Shown here piece after piece: positions 27,938 through 37,028 of a stretch of DNA of 45,891 bases. Each line of letters starts with the position of its first letter. The first letter of the stretch is position 1. The DNA lies in contig JAFCCD010000001.1 in NCBI GenBank assembly GCA_017610405.1, positions 1-45,891 of the forward strand, written 5' to 3'. Below the pieces are notes generated by a model. That model saw only the letters and a program-made list of their open reading frames with translations, was not told the DNA's origin and made no database searches. Position numbers and translations under genes: made by a program. The DNA is from Nanobdellota archaeon. Its GTDB lineage: Archaea; Nanobdellota; Nanobdellia; Pacearchaeales; GW2011-AR1.

Positions 27938-27961
27938 AATTAAGAAAAACGCACAAATAAA

Positions 27962-28342
27962 ATGAAAGAAAAAAAGACCGAGAAAAGTCTTAAAAAAACT
28001 GAATCTAAAAAGAAAAAGGAAACAAAAATAGCTGAAGCACCATATGAAGACAGAGATTGTCCTTTTCACGGCAAATTGAAAATAAGGGGAAGAACTTTTG
28101 AAGGAGAAGTAAAAAGAAAGTTTCCTAGAAGAATCTCTATAGAATTTGAAAGGATGCTCTATATCAGAAAATATGAAAGATATGCAAAATCAAAAACAAA
28201 GATTCATGCAAGGCTTCCAAAATGTATGGAAGATGAAATTAACATAGGTGATACAGTATTGATTAAAGAATGTAGGCCCTTAAGTAAAATAATCCATTTT
28301 GTAGTCATCAAAAAAATCAAAAGTGGAGGAAAAATAGAATGA
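27962..28342 (+). CDS. rps17: 30S ribosomal protein S17 (uS17)
   Basis: DCPFHG..IRGR, ECRPLSK. Confidence 0.96.
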   Translation: MKEKKTEKSLKKTESKKKKETKIAEAPYEDRDCPFHGKLKIRGRTFEGEVKRKFPRRISIEFERMLYIRKYERYAKSKTKIHARLPKCMEDEINIGDTVLIKECRPLSKIIHFVVIKKIKSGGKIE

Positions 28343-28740
28343 AAGCAATTTCAGCAAAAGTAACAGCAGGATTAAATTTTGGGGCACTTTTAGTTGTAGC
28401 TGATAATAGTGGAGGAAAAATAGCCAAACTAGTATCTGTAAAAAGAGGGAAAGGAAGAAAAGGACGACAAGGACGTGCAAAAGTTGCAGACTTTGTTAAA
28501 GTAAGCATAAAAAAAGGAAATCCAGAAATGAAAGGGAATGTTTTTGATGCTATTATAATTCGTCAGAAAAAAACTTATAGAAGAAAGAATGGTGAAAGAG
28601 TTGGTTTTGAAGATAACGCTGTTGCAATACTCAAAGACGAAAAAGCAAACCCTAAAGGAACAAGAATTAAGGGTCCTGTAGCAAGGGAAGTAATGGAGCG
28701 CTGGCCTTCTGTGGCAAGAATTGCTTCATTTGTATATTAA
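28339..28740 (+). CDS. rpl14: 50S ribosomal protein L14 (uL14)
   Basis: VADNSG, FEDNA, KGPVARE. Confidence 0.97.
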   Translation: MKAISAKVTAGLNFGALLVVADNSGGKIAKLVSVKRGKGRKGRQGRAKVADFVKVSIKKGNPEMKGNVFDAIIIRQKKTYRRKNGERVGFEDNAVAILKDEKANPKGTRIKGPVAREVMERWPSVARIASFVY

Positions 28741-28741
28741 A

Positions 28742-29191
28742 ATGAAAAAAAAATTCAGCACTGCATGGAAATCTAGTAAACAACCTAGAAAACAGAGAAA
28801 ATATCTAGCTAATGCTCCCCTTCACATTAAGAGGAAATTAATGAATGCAAATTTATCTAAAGAACTAAGAAAAAAATACAACAAGAGATCAATCCCTTTG
28901 AGAAAAAAAGATACTATAAAAATTTTAAGAGGGAAATTCAAAGGAAAGAAAGGGAAAATAACAAGGATTATGATAAAGATTCAAAAAGTAGAAATTGAAA
29001 AAATACAGGTTAAAAAACAAGATGGCTCAAAAGTGAATATAAAATTAAGACCTTCAAATCTTCAGATTATTGAATTAAACCTTGAAGACAAAAAAAGAAA
29101 CAAGGCCTTGAACAAAGAAGTCAAAGAAAAGAAAGAAACAAAAAAGACAGAAGATAAAACTGAAAAGAAAGAAACTGGAGGAAAAAAATAA
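28742..29191 (+). CDS. rpl24: 50S ribosomal protein L24 (uL24)
   Basis: SKQPRKQRK..NAPLH, RGKFKG, PSNL. Confidence 0.96.
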   Translation: MKKKFSTAWKSSKQPRKQRKYLANAPLHIKRKLMNANLSKELRKKYNKRSIPLRKKDTIKILRGKFKGKKGKITRIMIKIQKVEIEKIQVKKQDGSKVNIKLRPSNLQIIELNLEDKKRNKALNKEVKEKKETKKTEDKTEKKETGGKK

Positions 29192-29847
29192 TGCACTTAA
29201 AAAGACAAATGGTCCCTAAAAGCTGGCCAATACATAGGAAAGGAACAAAATATTTAGTTCGGCCAAAAGCAGATATTAAGAAAGGTGCACCTATTTTAAT
29301 TGTTTTGAGAGACATATTAAAAATAGTTCAGAATAGAAAGGAAGTAAAAAGAGTTATCCATATGCGACATATTTTATTGAATCATAAACTTGTAAATGAT
29401 GAAAAGAACAATGTCTGGTTATTTGATGTAATAACCCTCTTACCTTTAAAAAAGAGTTATAGACTGAAATTGTCAAAAAATAAAAAAATCGAAATGGAAG
29501 AAATCAATGAAAAAGAATCAAATTATAAAATAGCAAAAATAATTGGTAAAAAAATATTGAAAGGGAAAAAATTACAATTAAATCTTAGTGATGGAAGAAA
29601 CTTTATTTCAGATATCAGTTGTAATATTAATGATTCTGTTTTTATTAATCTTAAGGAAAAGAAAATAGAAAAATGTGTTCCTCTTAAAGAAAATTCGAAA
29701 ATTTTTATTTTTGCAGGAAAACACGCTGGGGAAGAAGGAACCATAAATAAGATAGATAAAGAAAACAAAACAGTTGAATTAAATATCAATGGAAAGGCAA
29801 CTCATGCTTTGATTGAACAATTAATAGTGATGAATAAAAATGGATAA
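29191..29847 (+). CDS. rps4e: 30S ribosomal protein S4e (eS4)
   Basis: HLKR..PKSWPI.RK, LNLSDGRN, GKHAG. Confidence 0.95.
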   Translation: MHLKRQMVPKSWPIHRKGTKYLVRPKADIKKGAPILIVLRDILKIVQNRKEVKRVIHMRHILLNHKLVNDEKNNVWLFDVITLLPLKKSYRLKLSKNKKIEMEEINEKESNYKIAKIIGKKILKGKKLQLNLSDGRNFISDISCNINDSVFINLKEKKIEKCVPLKENSKIFIFAGKHAGEEGTINKIDKENKTVELNINGKATHALIEQLIVMNKNG

Positions 29848-30358
29848 AAAAATGGAAAACCAAGAAAATCCTATGAGAAAAATAAAAATGGAGAAAGTTG
29901 TATTAAGTATAGGTGGAACTGGAGAAGAACTTGAAAAAGGATTCAAACTTTTAAAAATTCTAACAGGAAGAACTCCTGCAAAAACAATATCAAGAAAGAG
30001 AATTCCTTCCCTTGGTGTAAGGCCTAAATTAGAAGTAGGGGCTGTTGTTACAATAAGAAAGAACCATATAGAAACTCTAAAAAAAATGCTTACCCCAATA
30101 GATAACATACTTAAAAAAAAGCAGATAAGTGAAAACAGTTTTTCATTTGGGGTAAAAGAATATATTGAAATTCCTGGAATAGAATATCAAAGAGATATAG
30201 GAATCAGGGGATTGGATGTTACAGTTATGTTCGAAAGAGCAGGTAGAAGAGTTAGATTAAAAAAAATAAAAAGGGGAAAAATTCCTAAAAAACAGAAAAT
30301 TACAAAAGAAGAAATAATCAAATTTATGGAGGAAAATTTTAATACAAAATTTATATAA
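29840..30358 (+). CDS. rpl5: 50S ribosomal protein L5 (uL5)
   Basis: NPMRKIKMEKVVL, FSFGVKEYIEIPG. Confidence 0.96.
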   Translation: MDKKMENQENPMRKIKMEKVVLSIGGTGEELEKGFKLLKILTGRTPAKTISRKRIPSLGVRPKLEVGAVVTIRKNHIETLKKMLTPIDNILKKKQISENSFSFGVKEYIEIPGIEYQRDIGIRGLDVTVMFERAGRRVRLKKIKRGKIPKKQKITKEEIIKFMEENFNTKFI

Positions 30359-30359
30359 A

Positions 30360-30590
30360 ATGACAGCAAGTGATTGGAGGAAAATTTTAAAACAATTGAA
30401 GAACAAACCTGAAAAAATGCAGAAGTTCTTAAAGCATAATAAACCAAAAGAAAGGACAATTGGAATAGCGAAAAGAAAATGCGAAAGATGCGGAAGATTC
30501 GGTGCCCATATCAAATCATACGGATTAAATTTTTGTCGGCAATGCTTTAGAGAGATTGCGGAAGAAATCGGCTTTAAAAAATACAGTTAA
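30360..30590 (+). CDS. rps14: 30S ribosomal protein S14 (uS14, Zn-type)
   Basis: CERCG...YGLNFCRQCFREIA..GFKKYS. Confidence 0.96.
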   Translation: MTASDWRKILKQLKNKPEKMQKFLKHNKPKERTIGIAKRKCERCGRFGAHIKSYGLNFCRQCFREIAEEIGFKKYS

Positions 30591-30591
30591 A

Positions 30592-30972
30592 ATGTCACAA
30601 GATATTATTGCAGATGCACTAAACATGATGAGAAATGCCAAAAGAGCAGGAAAAGAAATCGTAAAAGTCAATAGGATTTCAAAACTTTTAATTGAAATTC
30701 TAAAGATAATGAAACAAAAGAAAATAATAAAAAAATACAAAATTGATCTTAAAAATAAATTTTTGGAAATAACTCTCGGTGATTTCATAGAATGTAGAGC
30801 AATAAAGCCTAGATTTACAGTAAAACAAGACCAAATTGAAAAATATAAAAGAAGATACCTTCCAGCGAGAAATATTGGTACAATCATCATATCCACAAAT
30901 AAAGGATTATTGACGCATGAAGTAGCTTTAGAAGAAAAAATTGGGGGAAGTTTAATAGCTTATTTTTATTAA
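30592..30972 (+). CDS. rps8: 30S ribosomal protein S8 (uS8)
   Basis: MSQDIIADAL, AIKPRF, STNKG, GGSLIAYFY. Confidence 0.96.
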   Translation: MSQDIIADALNMMRNAKRAGKEIVKVNRISKLLIEILKIMKQKKIIKKYKIDLKNKFLEITLGDFIECRAIKPRFTVKQDQIEKYKRRYLPARNIGTIIISTNKGLLTHEVALEEKIGGSLIAYFY

Positions 30973-30973
30973 A

Positions 30974-31516
30974 ATGAAAAAAGAACTTTACAAAAAAATA
31001 GAAATTCCTGAAGGAATTTCGGCAGAAATAACAGAAGATATTCTGAAAATTAGTGGGGCTGAAGGAGAAATCGAGAAAAAATTTAATATAAATAATCTTG
31101 AATTTAGTAAAGAAGATAATAAGATAATTATTGGAAATAAAAAAGCTACAAAAAAAGAAAAGAAACTAATGAATACTATTACTTCGCACATAAAAAACAT
31201 GTTTAAGGGAGTACAAGAAAAATTTGAATACCAACTAAAAATTTGCTTTAGTCATTTTCCTATTAATGTTGAAATAAAAGATGGAGAAGCTGTAATTAAA
31301 AATTTTATTGGGGAAAAAATTCCAAGAAAGACAAAAATTCTAAAGGGTGTAGAAATTGAACTGGATAACGACATAATAAAAGTTAAATCTGTTGACAAAG
31401 AACTTGCTGGGCAGGTTGCTGCAAATTTTGAAGCTGCTACGAAAATAAGAAAAAGAGATAGAAGAGTATTTCAAGATGGAATTTTCATAATAAACAAAGC
31501 AGGGAGGGAAATATAA
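30974..31516 (+). CDS. rpl6: 50S ribosomal protein L6 (uL6)
   Basis: SHFPI, NFIGEK.PR, DRRVFQDGIFI. Confidence 0.96.
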   Translation: MKKELYKKIEIPEGISAEITEDILKISGAEGEIEKKFNINNLEFSKEDNKIIIGNKKATKKEKKLMNTITSHIKNMFKGVQEKFEYQLKICFSHFPINVEIKDGEAVIKNFIGEKIPRKTKILKGVEIELDNDIIKVKSVDKELAGQVAANFEAATKIRKRDRRVFQDGIFIINKAGREI

Positions 31517-31902
31517 TGGCAAAATTTTTGAGGAGAAATTGGAATAAATATAGTAAATTAGGAAAAAGAAAAAAGAAAAAACAAGTATGGAGAAAACCAA
31601 GAGGAAGAGATAATAAAATTAGAGAGAAAAGGAAGGGGTGTCCTAAATTTGTTAGTATAGGATATAAGAATGATATTCTTGAAAGAAAAAGAATTAGGGT
31701 TATAAGAAATCTTGACGCTCTGGAAAAAATTAAAAAAAATGAAATATTGGTTCTTGGAAATGTTGGAAAAAAGAAGAAAATTGAAATTTTAAAAAAAGCA
31801 AAAGAAAGAAAAATTTCTGTTCAGAATATGAATATTGAAAAATTCCTAAAGAAAATTGAGAAGCAAAAAAAACCAGAAAAAGTAGGAGAAGATAAAAAAT
31901 GA
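31516..31902 (+). CDS. rpl32e: 50S ribosomal protein L32e (eL32)
   Basis: KFLR, WRKPRGRDNKIR, IGY. Confidence 0.93.
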   Translation: MAKFLRRNWNKYSKLGKRKKKKQVWRKPRGRDNKIREKRKGCPKFVSIGYKNDILERKRIRVIRNLDALEKIKKNEILVLGNVGKKKKIEILKKAKERKISVQNMNIEKFLKKIEKQKKPEKVGEDKK

Positions 31903-32294
31903 ATCTAAAAAAGAAAAAAGAACTTGCAAAAAGAACCTTTAATATAGGGGAAAAAAGAATAGTTTTTGCAGAATCTAGACTTAACGACATTAAAGAAGCA
32001 ATCACAAAACAAGATATAAGAGACTTAAAACAAGATGGAGCAATAATAATAAAAGAAAAAAAAGGTAGAAAAAAAATTAAAAAGAAAAGGGGCAGGAGCA
32101 TTGGTAATATAAGGAAAAAAAGGAAAAAGAGAAAAGAAGATTATATGATTCTTACAAGAAAACTAAGAAAATATACCTCAAAAATGAAGAATAAAAAAGA
32201 AATATCAAAAACAGATTTTGATGAGATAAGGAAAAAAATAAGAAATAAGATATTTAGAAGTAAATCTCATTTAAGAAATTACATGAAAGGATAA
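31899..32294 (+). CDS. rpl19e: 50S ribosomal protein L19e (eL19)
   Basis: MNL..KKELA, IKEAITKQDIRDL..DGAI, FRSKSHL. Confidence 0.93.
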   Translation: MNLKKKKELAKRTFNIGEKRIVFAESRLNDIKEAITKQDIRDLKQDGAIIIKEKKGRKKIKKKRGRSIGNIRKKRKKRKEDYMILTRKLRKYTSKMKNKKEISKTDFDEIRKKIRNKIFRSKSHLRNYMKG

Positions 32295-32298
32295 AAAA

Positions 32299-32796
32299 AT
32301 GAAAACATTAAAAAGAAGACGAAAAGAACATAAAACAGATTATTTGAAGAGAATCCGTTTACTTAAAAGTGGATCTTCTAGAATTATATTTAAAAAAACA
32401 AACAGATACCTCATTACCCAATATGTTACAAGTAAAGAAGCAAAAGATAAAATTAAAATCGGGATGACTTCAAAAGATCTTCTTAAATATGGTTGGCCAA
32501 AAGAATTTAAAGGCAGCCTTAAATCAACTCCTGCTTCTTATCTTATTGGATTATTAATGGGTAAAAAAACTTTAGAAAAAAAACTTCCTGAACCTATTAT
32601 TAATTTTGGAATGCTTAGAGTTTTACATAAAAATAGTGCTTTTGCTTTTCTAAAAGGATTGAAAGATTCTGGAATTAAAGTAAAATGTGAAGATAAACTC
32701 TTCCCACCTGAAGAAAGAATAAAAGGAAAACATCTTAAAAAAGATTTTTCAAAAATATTCGAAGAAATTAAATCAAAAATAGAAAATGAAAAATGA
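32299..32796 (+). CDS. rpl18: 50S ribosomal protein L18 (uL18)
   Basis: RRRKEHKTDY..R, LLKYGW, PASYLIG, RIKGKH. Confidence 0.95.
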   Translation: MKTLKRRRKEHKTDYLKRIRLLKSGSSRIIFKKTNRYLITQYVTSKEAKDKIKIGMTSKDLLKYGWPKEFKGSLKSTPASYLIGLLMGKKTLEKKLPEPIINFGMLRVLHKNSAFAFLKGLKDSGIKVKCEDKLFPPEERIKGKHLKKDFSKIFEEIKSKIENEK

Positions 32797-33686
32797 CTGA
32801 GAAAGAAAAAGAATTTAATGCCTTAAAAAAGACTGTAGAAGCACATAAAACCCTTTCAGAAGAAGAAGCTGGAAAAAAAGCAGAGAAAGTTAAAGAAACT
32901 TCAAGGAAATTAATAAATGAAGAAACTAAAAAAGAAAAGAAAGAAGAAGAAAAGAAAATTATTGAAAAAGATGTAATAAAGAAAGGAAAAAAGGTAGAAA
33001 AAAAGAGTGAAAAAGAAATAGCTATTGAAAGAATCAAAGAACAATCACTTTCTTCATGGGAACCAAAAACAAAACTAGGAAGAGAAGTTAAAAATGGGAA
33101 AATAAAAAACATTGATGAAATTCTAGATAATAATAGGAAAATTCTTGAAGAACAAATTGTTGATTCTTTATTAGACGTGAAAACTGATTTAATATTAATC
33201 GGGCAAGCAAAAGGAAAATTTGGAGGAGGAAAAAGAAGAATATGGCGGCAAACTCAGAAAAAAACCAAAGAAGGAAATGTTCCTGTATTTTCTGCTATGG
33301 CTGTTGTCGGCGATGAAAATGGTCATTTAGGTATAGGTATTGGAAAAGCAAAAGAAACTCTTCCAGCAAGAGATAAAGCAATACGAAAAGCAAAATTAAA
33401 TATAATGCAAGTTGAAAGATCTTGCTCTAGTTTTGATTGTGCATGTTCAAAACTCCATACTGTACCTCTTAAAACCTATGGAAAAGAAGGAAGTTGCAGA
33501 GTAATATTAATTCCTGCCCCCCAAGGAACAGGTCTTGTAGTTAGTGGGGAGTTAAAAAAAATATTAAAACTTGCAGGAATAAAAGATGTTTACAGTAAGA
33601 CTTTTGGTAACAAAACTACAACTTTTAACTTTGTTAAGGCTTGCTTTAATGCTCTTAAAAAACCAGATCAAAAAACAAGAAAATGA
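32793..33686 (+). CDS. rps5: 30S ribosomal protein S5 (uS5) with a long charged N-terminal extension
   Basis: WEPKTKLGR.VK.G, VGDENG..GIG.GKAKE, PAPQGTGLV. Confidence 0.96.
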   Translation: MTEKEKEFNALKKTVEAHKTLSEEEAGKKAEKVKETSRKLINEETKKEKKEEEKKIIEKDVIKKGKKVEKKSEKEIAIERIKEQSLSSWEPKTKLGREVKNGKIKNIDEILDNNRKILEEQIVDSLLDVKTDLILIGQAKGKFGGGKRRIWRQTQKKTKEGNVPVFSAMAVVGDENGHLGIGIGKAKETLPARDKAIRKAKLNIMQVERSCSSFDCACSKLHTVPLKTYGKEGSCRVILIPAPQGTGLVVSGELKKILKLAGIKDVYSKTFGNKTTTFNFVKACFNALKKPDQKTRK

Positions 33687-34111
33687 AAAAAATATGTATC
33701 ATAAGAATTCGGGGACAAGTGGGACTAGATAGAAAGAGAAAAGAAACTCTAAACAGATTAAGATTAAGGAGAAAATACTCATGCATAGTTATTATGCCTT
33801 CAAAAGAACAACTTGGAATGCTTGAAAAAATTAGGAACTTTGTTGCTTTTGGTGAAATAAAAAATAATATTTTTGAAAAATTAATTGAAAAAAGAGGACA
33901 GAAAATTGACAAAGAAAAAAAGATTGATGCGAAAAAAATTGTTGAAGAATTAGAAAAAGGTAAAAAATATGAAGATTTAAATCTTAAACCTTTTTTCAGA
34001 TTACATCCTCCAAGAAAAGGAATTGATACTAAATTTCACTTTGGAAAGAAAAAAGGAGTGCTTGGGAATAATAAAGAAAAAATAAATGAACTTATTAAAA
34101 GGATGTTATAA
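33683..34111 (+). CDS. rpl30: 50S ribosomal protein L30 (uL30)
   Basis: IRIRG, TLNRLRL, FRLHPPRKG. Confidence 0.96.
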   Translation: MKKICIIRIRGQVGLDRKRKETLNRLRLRRKYSCIVIMPSKEQLGMLEKIRNFVAFGEIKNNIFEKLIEKRGQKIDKEKKIDAKKIVEELEKGKKYEDLNLKPFFRLHPPRKGIDTKFHFGKKKGVLGNNKEKINELIKRML

Positions 34112-34615
34112 ATGGTTATCCAAAAAACAAAAAAACGTAAAAAATCATCTAGGATGCATGGGCGTGGTAGAGGGACTCATGGTTGGGGAGAGAGAAAAAA
34201 GCATAAAAAATCAGGGCATAGGGGAGGAATAGGTATGGCTGGATCTGGAAAAAGAGCAGACCATAAAAAAACACTAGTAACAAAACAATATGGACATGGA
34301 TATTTTGGAAAAAAAGGAATCACAAGTAGAAAAAGCCAAAAAGATAAAAGAAAAAGAATAAATCTTAGAGATATTGAATTAAATCTTGAAAAATATATCC
34401 AAAAAGGAATTGCGAAAAAAACAACTTCTGGTTTTGAAATAAATCTTGAGAATTATAAAATTCTTGGGAGTTCTGAAAAAGACTTATTAAAAAATAAATT
34501 AATTATAAAAGCCAAAGAGGCTTCTAATTTAGCATTGGAAAAAGTAAAAAAATCTGGTGGAGAAATAATTTTAAAAAATAAGGAAAAATTAAATAAAACA
34601 AAAGATAATAAATAA
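34112..34615 (+). CDS. rpl15: 50S ribosomal protein L15 (uL15)
   Basis: THGWG..KKH..SGHRGG.GMAG, FGKKG. Confidence 0.96.
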   Translation: MVIQKTKKRKKSSRMHGRGRGTHGWGERKKHKKSGHRGGIGMAGSGKRADHKKTLVTKQYGHGYFGKKGITSRKSQKDKRKRINLRDIELNLEKYIQKGIAKKTTSGFEINLENYKILGSSEKDLLKNKLIIKAKEASNLALEKVKKSGGEIILKNKEKLNKTKDNK

Positions 34616-34618
34616 ACA

Positions 34619-36064
34619 ATGGTAAATTTAAGAGGTATATTTAATTATATTCCTGAGATAAAAAAACCTGATGAAAAAAAGCTGAGTTTTAATATAAAGG
34701 CTAAATGGACTCTTATTGCATTGGCTTTGTTTTTTATTCTAGCAAACATCCCTCTTTTTGGACTTTCTGAAAATGCTTTAGCGCGGTTTGAATTTTTAGC
34801 TATAATTCTTGGAACACAATTTGGAAGTATTATCTCTCTTGGAATAGGACCTATTGTAATGGCATCTATTATTTTACAGCTTCTTACAGGTTCAAAAATA
34901 TTAAACATAGATACAACAACACTTGAAGGAAAGAAATTTTTTCAAGGACTTCAGAAGATTATGGTTTTCTTTTTCATAATTTTTGAATCACTAGTTTATG
35001 TTCTAATGAAAGGACTTCAAGCTGCACCAGGATTTCAGGGTCTTTTGATATTACAATTAATTTTAGGAGGATTAATCATTTTTTACATGGATGAACTTAC
35101 GACAAAATGGGGATTTGGTTCTGGTGTTAGTTTATTTATTGCAGCAGGAGTTTCATGGAGACTTATAACCAGTGCTTTCCAGTTTTTAGATAATCAAGGA
35201 AGAAATTGTCTCTTAAATTTTAAAACAGTTCCATGTACAGGTAAGGTTCTTGTCATTTTACAATCTGTGATAAATCAATTCCCCATCGAACTTTTATCAG
35301 CTGTAGGGGCGATAATTACAACATTCATAATTTTTATGGTTGTTGTCTGGGCTCAATCTTTAAAAGTTGAAATTCCGCTTTCATTTGGAAGAATTCGTGG
35401 GTATGGGGTAAAATGGCCTTTGTCATTTTTCTACACATCTGTGATTCCTGTTATTTTAACAGCTGCCTTAGTTGCAAACATACAACTTTTTGGAGGGATT
35501 ATTGATAATGCTGCTGCCCCATGTATTGCAGGAATAGCTGAACAATGTGTAGGTAGTGCAAAATTCGCTTCGCACTTTACTTTTTTAGGAAGATTTATTG
35601 ATGGTCGGGCTATTTCAGGTCTTGCTTTCTGGATAGGTTCATCAAATCTTTTGGAATTAACTATTAGAGGAGGATTTTTACCAAAATATTTACTACAGGG
35701 ATTATTCCATGTTTTATTTTTCATGTTCTTCTCAACTCTTTTTGCTGTTTTCTGGATTAAAACATCTGGAATGGATTCTAAAAGTCAGGCGCATAAAATT
35801 TTTGCATCAGGATTACAAGTAGCAGGATTTAGACAAGATGAAAGAATCCTTGAAAGTATCTTAGATAGGTATATCATGCCCTTAACTGTAATGGGTGGTC
35901 TTGCAATAGGTTTTCTCGCTGCAATTACAAATCTAATGGGTGCTCTGGTTTCTGGAACAGCAATTCTTCTTGTAATAATGATTATGTTCCAATTTTACCA
36001 AAACATTGCACAACAACATGCAATAGATATGCATCCTATAATGAGAAAGTTTATAAAAACATAA
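34619..36064 (+). CDS. secY: Protein translocase SecY/Sec61-alpha
   Basis: LGIGPIVMASIILQLL, KWGFGSGVSLFIAAGV, FFYTSVIPVIL. Confidence 0.97.
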   Translation: MVNLRGIFNYIPEIKKPDEKKLSFNIKAKWTLIALALFFILANIPLFGLSENALARFEFLAIILGTQFGSIISLGIGPIVMASIILQLLTGSKILNIDTTTLEGKKFFQGLQKIMVFFFIIFESLVYVLMKGLQAAPGFQGLLILQLILGGLIIFYMDELTTKWGFGSGVSLFIAAGVSWRLITSAFQFLDNQGRNCLLNFKTVPCTGKVLVILQSVINQFPIELLSAVGAIITTFIIFMVVVWAQSLKVEIPLSFGRIRGYGVKWPLSFFYTSVIPVILTAALVANIQLFGGIIDNAAAPCIAGIAEQCVGSAKFASHFTFLGRFIDGRAISGLAFWIGSSNLLELTIRGGFLPKYLLQGLFHVLFFMFFSTLFAVFWIKTSGMDSKSQAHKIFASGLQVAGFRQDERILESILDRYIMPLTVMGGLAIGFLAAITNLMGALVSGTAILLVIMIMFQFYQNIAQQHAIDMHPIMRKFIKT

Positions 36065-36078
36065 TAATTTTAAAAAAG

Positions 36079-36615
36079 ATGGATAAAGAGGGAAGCTTTA
36101 AGAAAATTTTTATTGTAATGTTTATTGTTTTACTAATTGCTCTTTTTTGGGATAAAGTTTCATGGATAAGAGGTACTGTTAATGCTATTCTTAATCCAAC
36201 TGCAGGAGCTCTTTTAAACTGGAATTTAACACTTGGAATGATTTTAATTGTTCTTTTAATAACAGTATTGACGACTCTTGTCCAAAAATATGGTACAGAT
36301 CAAAAAACACTTCGGGGATTGAAAAAAGAACAAAAAGAACTTCAAGAAGAAATAAAAAAAGCTAAAGAACATCCTGAAAAAATGATGGCGCTTCAGAAAA
36401 AACAATTTGCTTTCTTTCCAAAAATGATGAAATTAAGTATGAGACCTATAATTTATACTTCAATACCACTTATTTTATTCTTCAGATGGTTTATGGATTT
36501 TTTTAGTTCTATGGGAGATGTAAAATTTTTTGGTTTCTTAAGCTGGTTTTGGTTTTATCTTTTGGGTTCAATGATTTTTAGTTCCATTTTAAGAAAGGTT
36601 TTTAAGGTAGTTTAA
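36079..36615 (+). CDS. DUF106/EMC3-TMCO1 family membrane insertase
   Basis: TM, coiled coil, TM layout; SMRPIIYTSIP, WFWFYLL; conserved position after secY. Confidence 0.88.
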   Translation: MDKEGSFKKIFIVMFIVLLIALFWDKVSWIRGTVNAILNPTAGALLNWNLTLGMILIVLLITVLTTLVQKYGTDQKTLRGLKKEQKELQEEIKKAKEHPEKMMALQKKQFAFFPKMMKLSMRPIIYTSIPLILFFRWFMDFFSSMGDVKFFGFLSWFWFYLLGSMIFSSILRKVFKVV

Positions 36616-36627
36616 AAATAAAGGATA

Positions 36628-37023
36628 ATGGAAAAACAAGAAAAACAAGAGATATCTCAAGAGATTTTGTATAAATTAGGGATGTTTGAAAAGAATCTAG
36701 AATTACTTAACCAACAATTACAATTAGTAGATAAAAGCATAATAGATTTAAATTCTTTAGATTTTGGAATGGATGAAATTAAGAACTCAGTTGGAAAAGA
36801 GGTTATGGCCCAACTAGGAAGAGGAATTTTTATAAAAACCAAAATTATCTCAGATGAAATGCTTGTTGATATTGGAAGTAAAAATTTAGTAAAAAAGAGT
36901 GTTCCAGAAACAAAAAGAATTCTAAAAGAACAGATAGAAAAACTCAATCAAGTAAAAAAAGAATTAGAAGATGAGGTTGGAAAAATCGATAAAGAAATGG
37001 TTAAATTAGTCAGTGGTCTTTAG
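36628..37023 (+). CDS. pfdA: Prefoldin alpha subunit
   Basis: Coiled coils flanking LGRGIF and VDIGS..VKKS hairpins. Confidence 0.92.
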   Translation: MEKQEKQEISQEILYKLGMFEKNLELLNQQLQLVDKSIIDLNSLDFGMDEIKNSVGKEVMAQLGRGIFIKTKIISDEMLVDIGSKNLVKKSVPETKRILKEQIEKLNQVKKELEDEVGKIDKEMVKLVSGL

Positions 37024-37028
37024 AAGAA

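Noticed and set aside
23544..36947. Many short antisense or alternative-frame ORFs inside the ribosomal cluster
   Set aside because: All overlap well-identified ribosomal or sec genes and have mirror-image composition.
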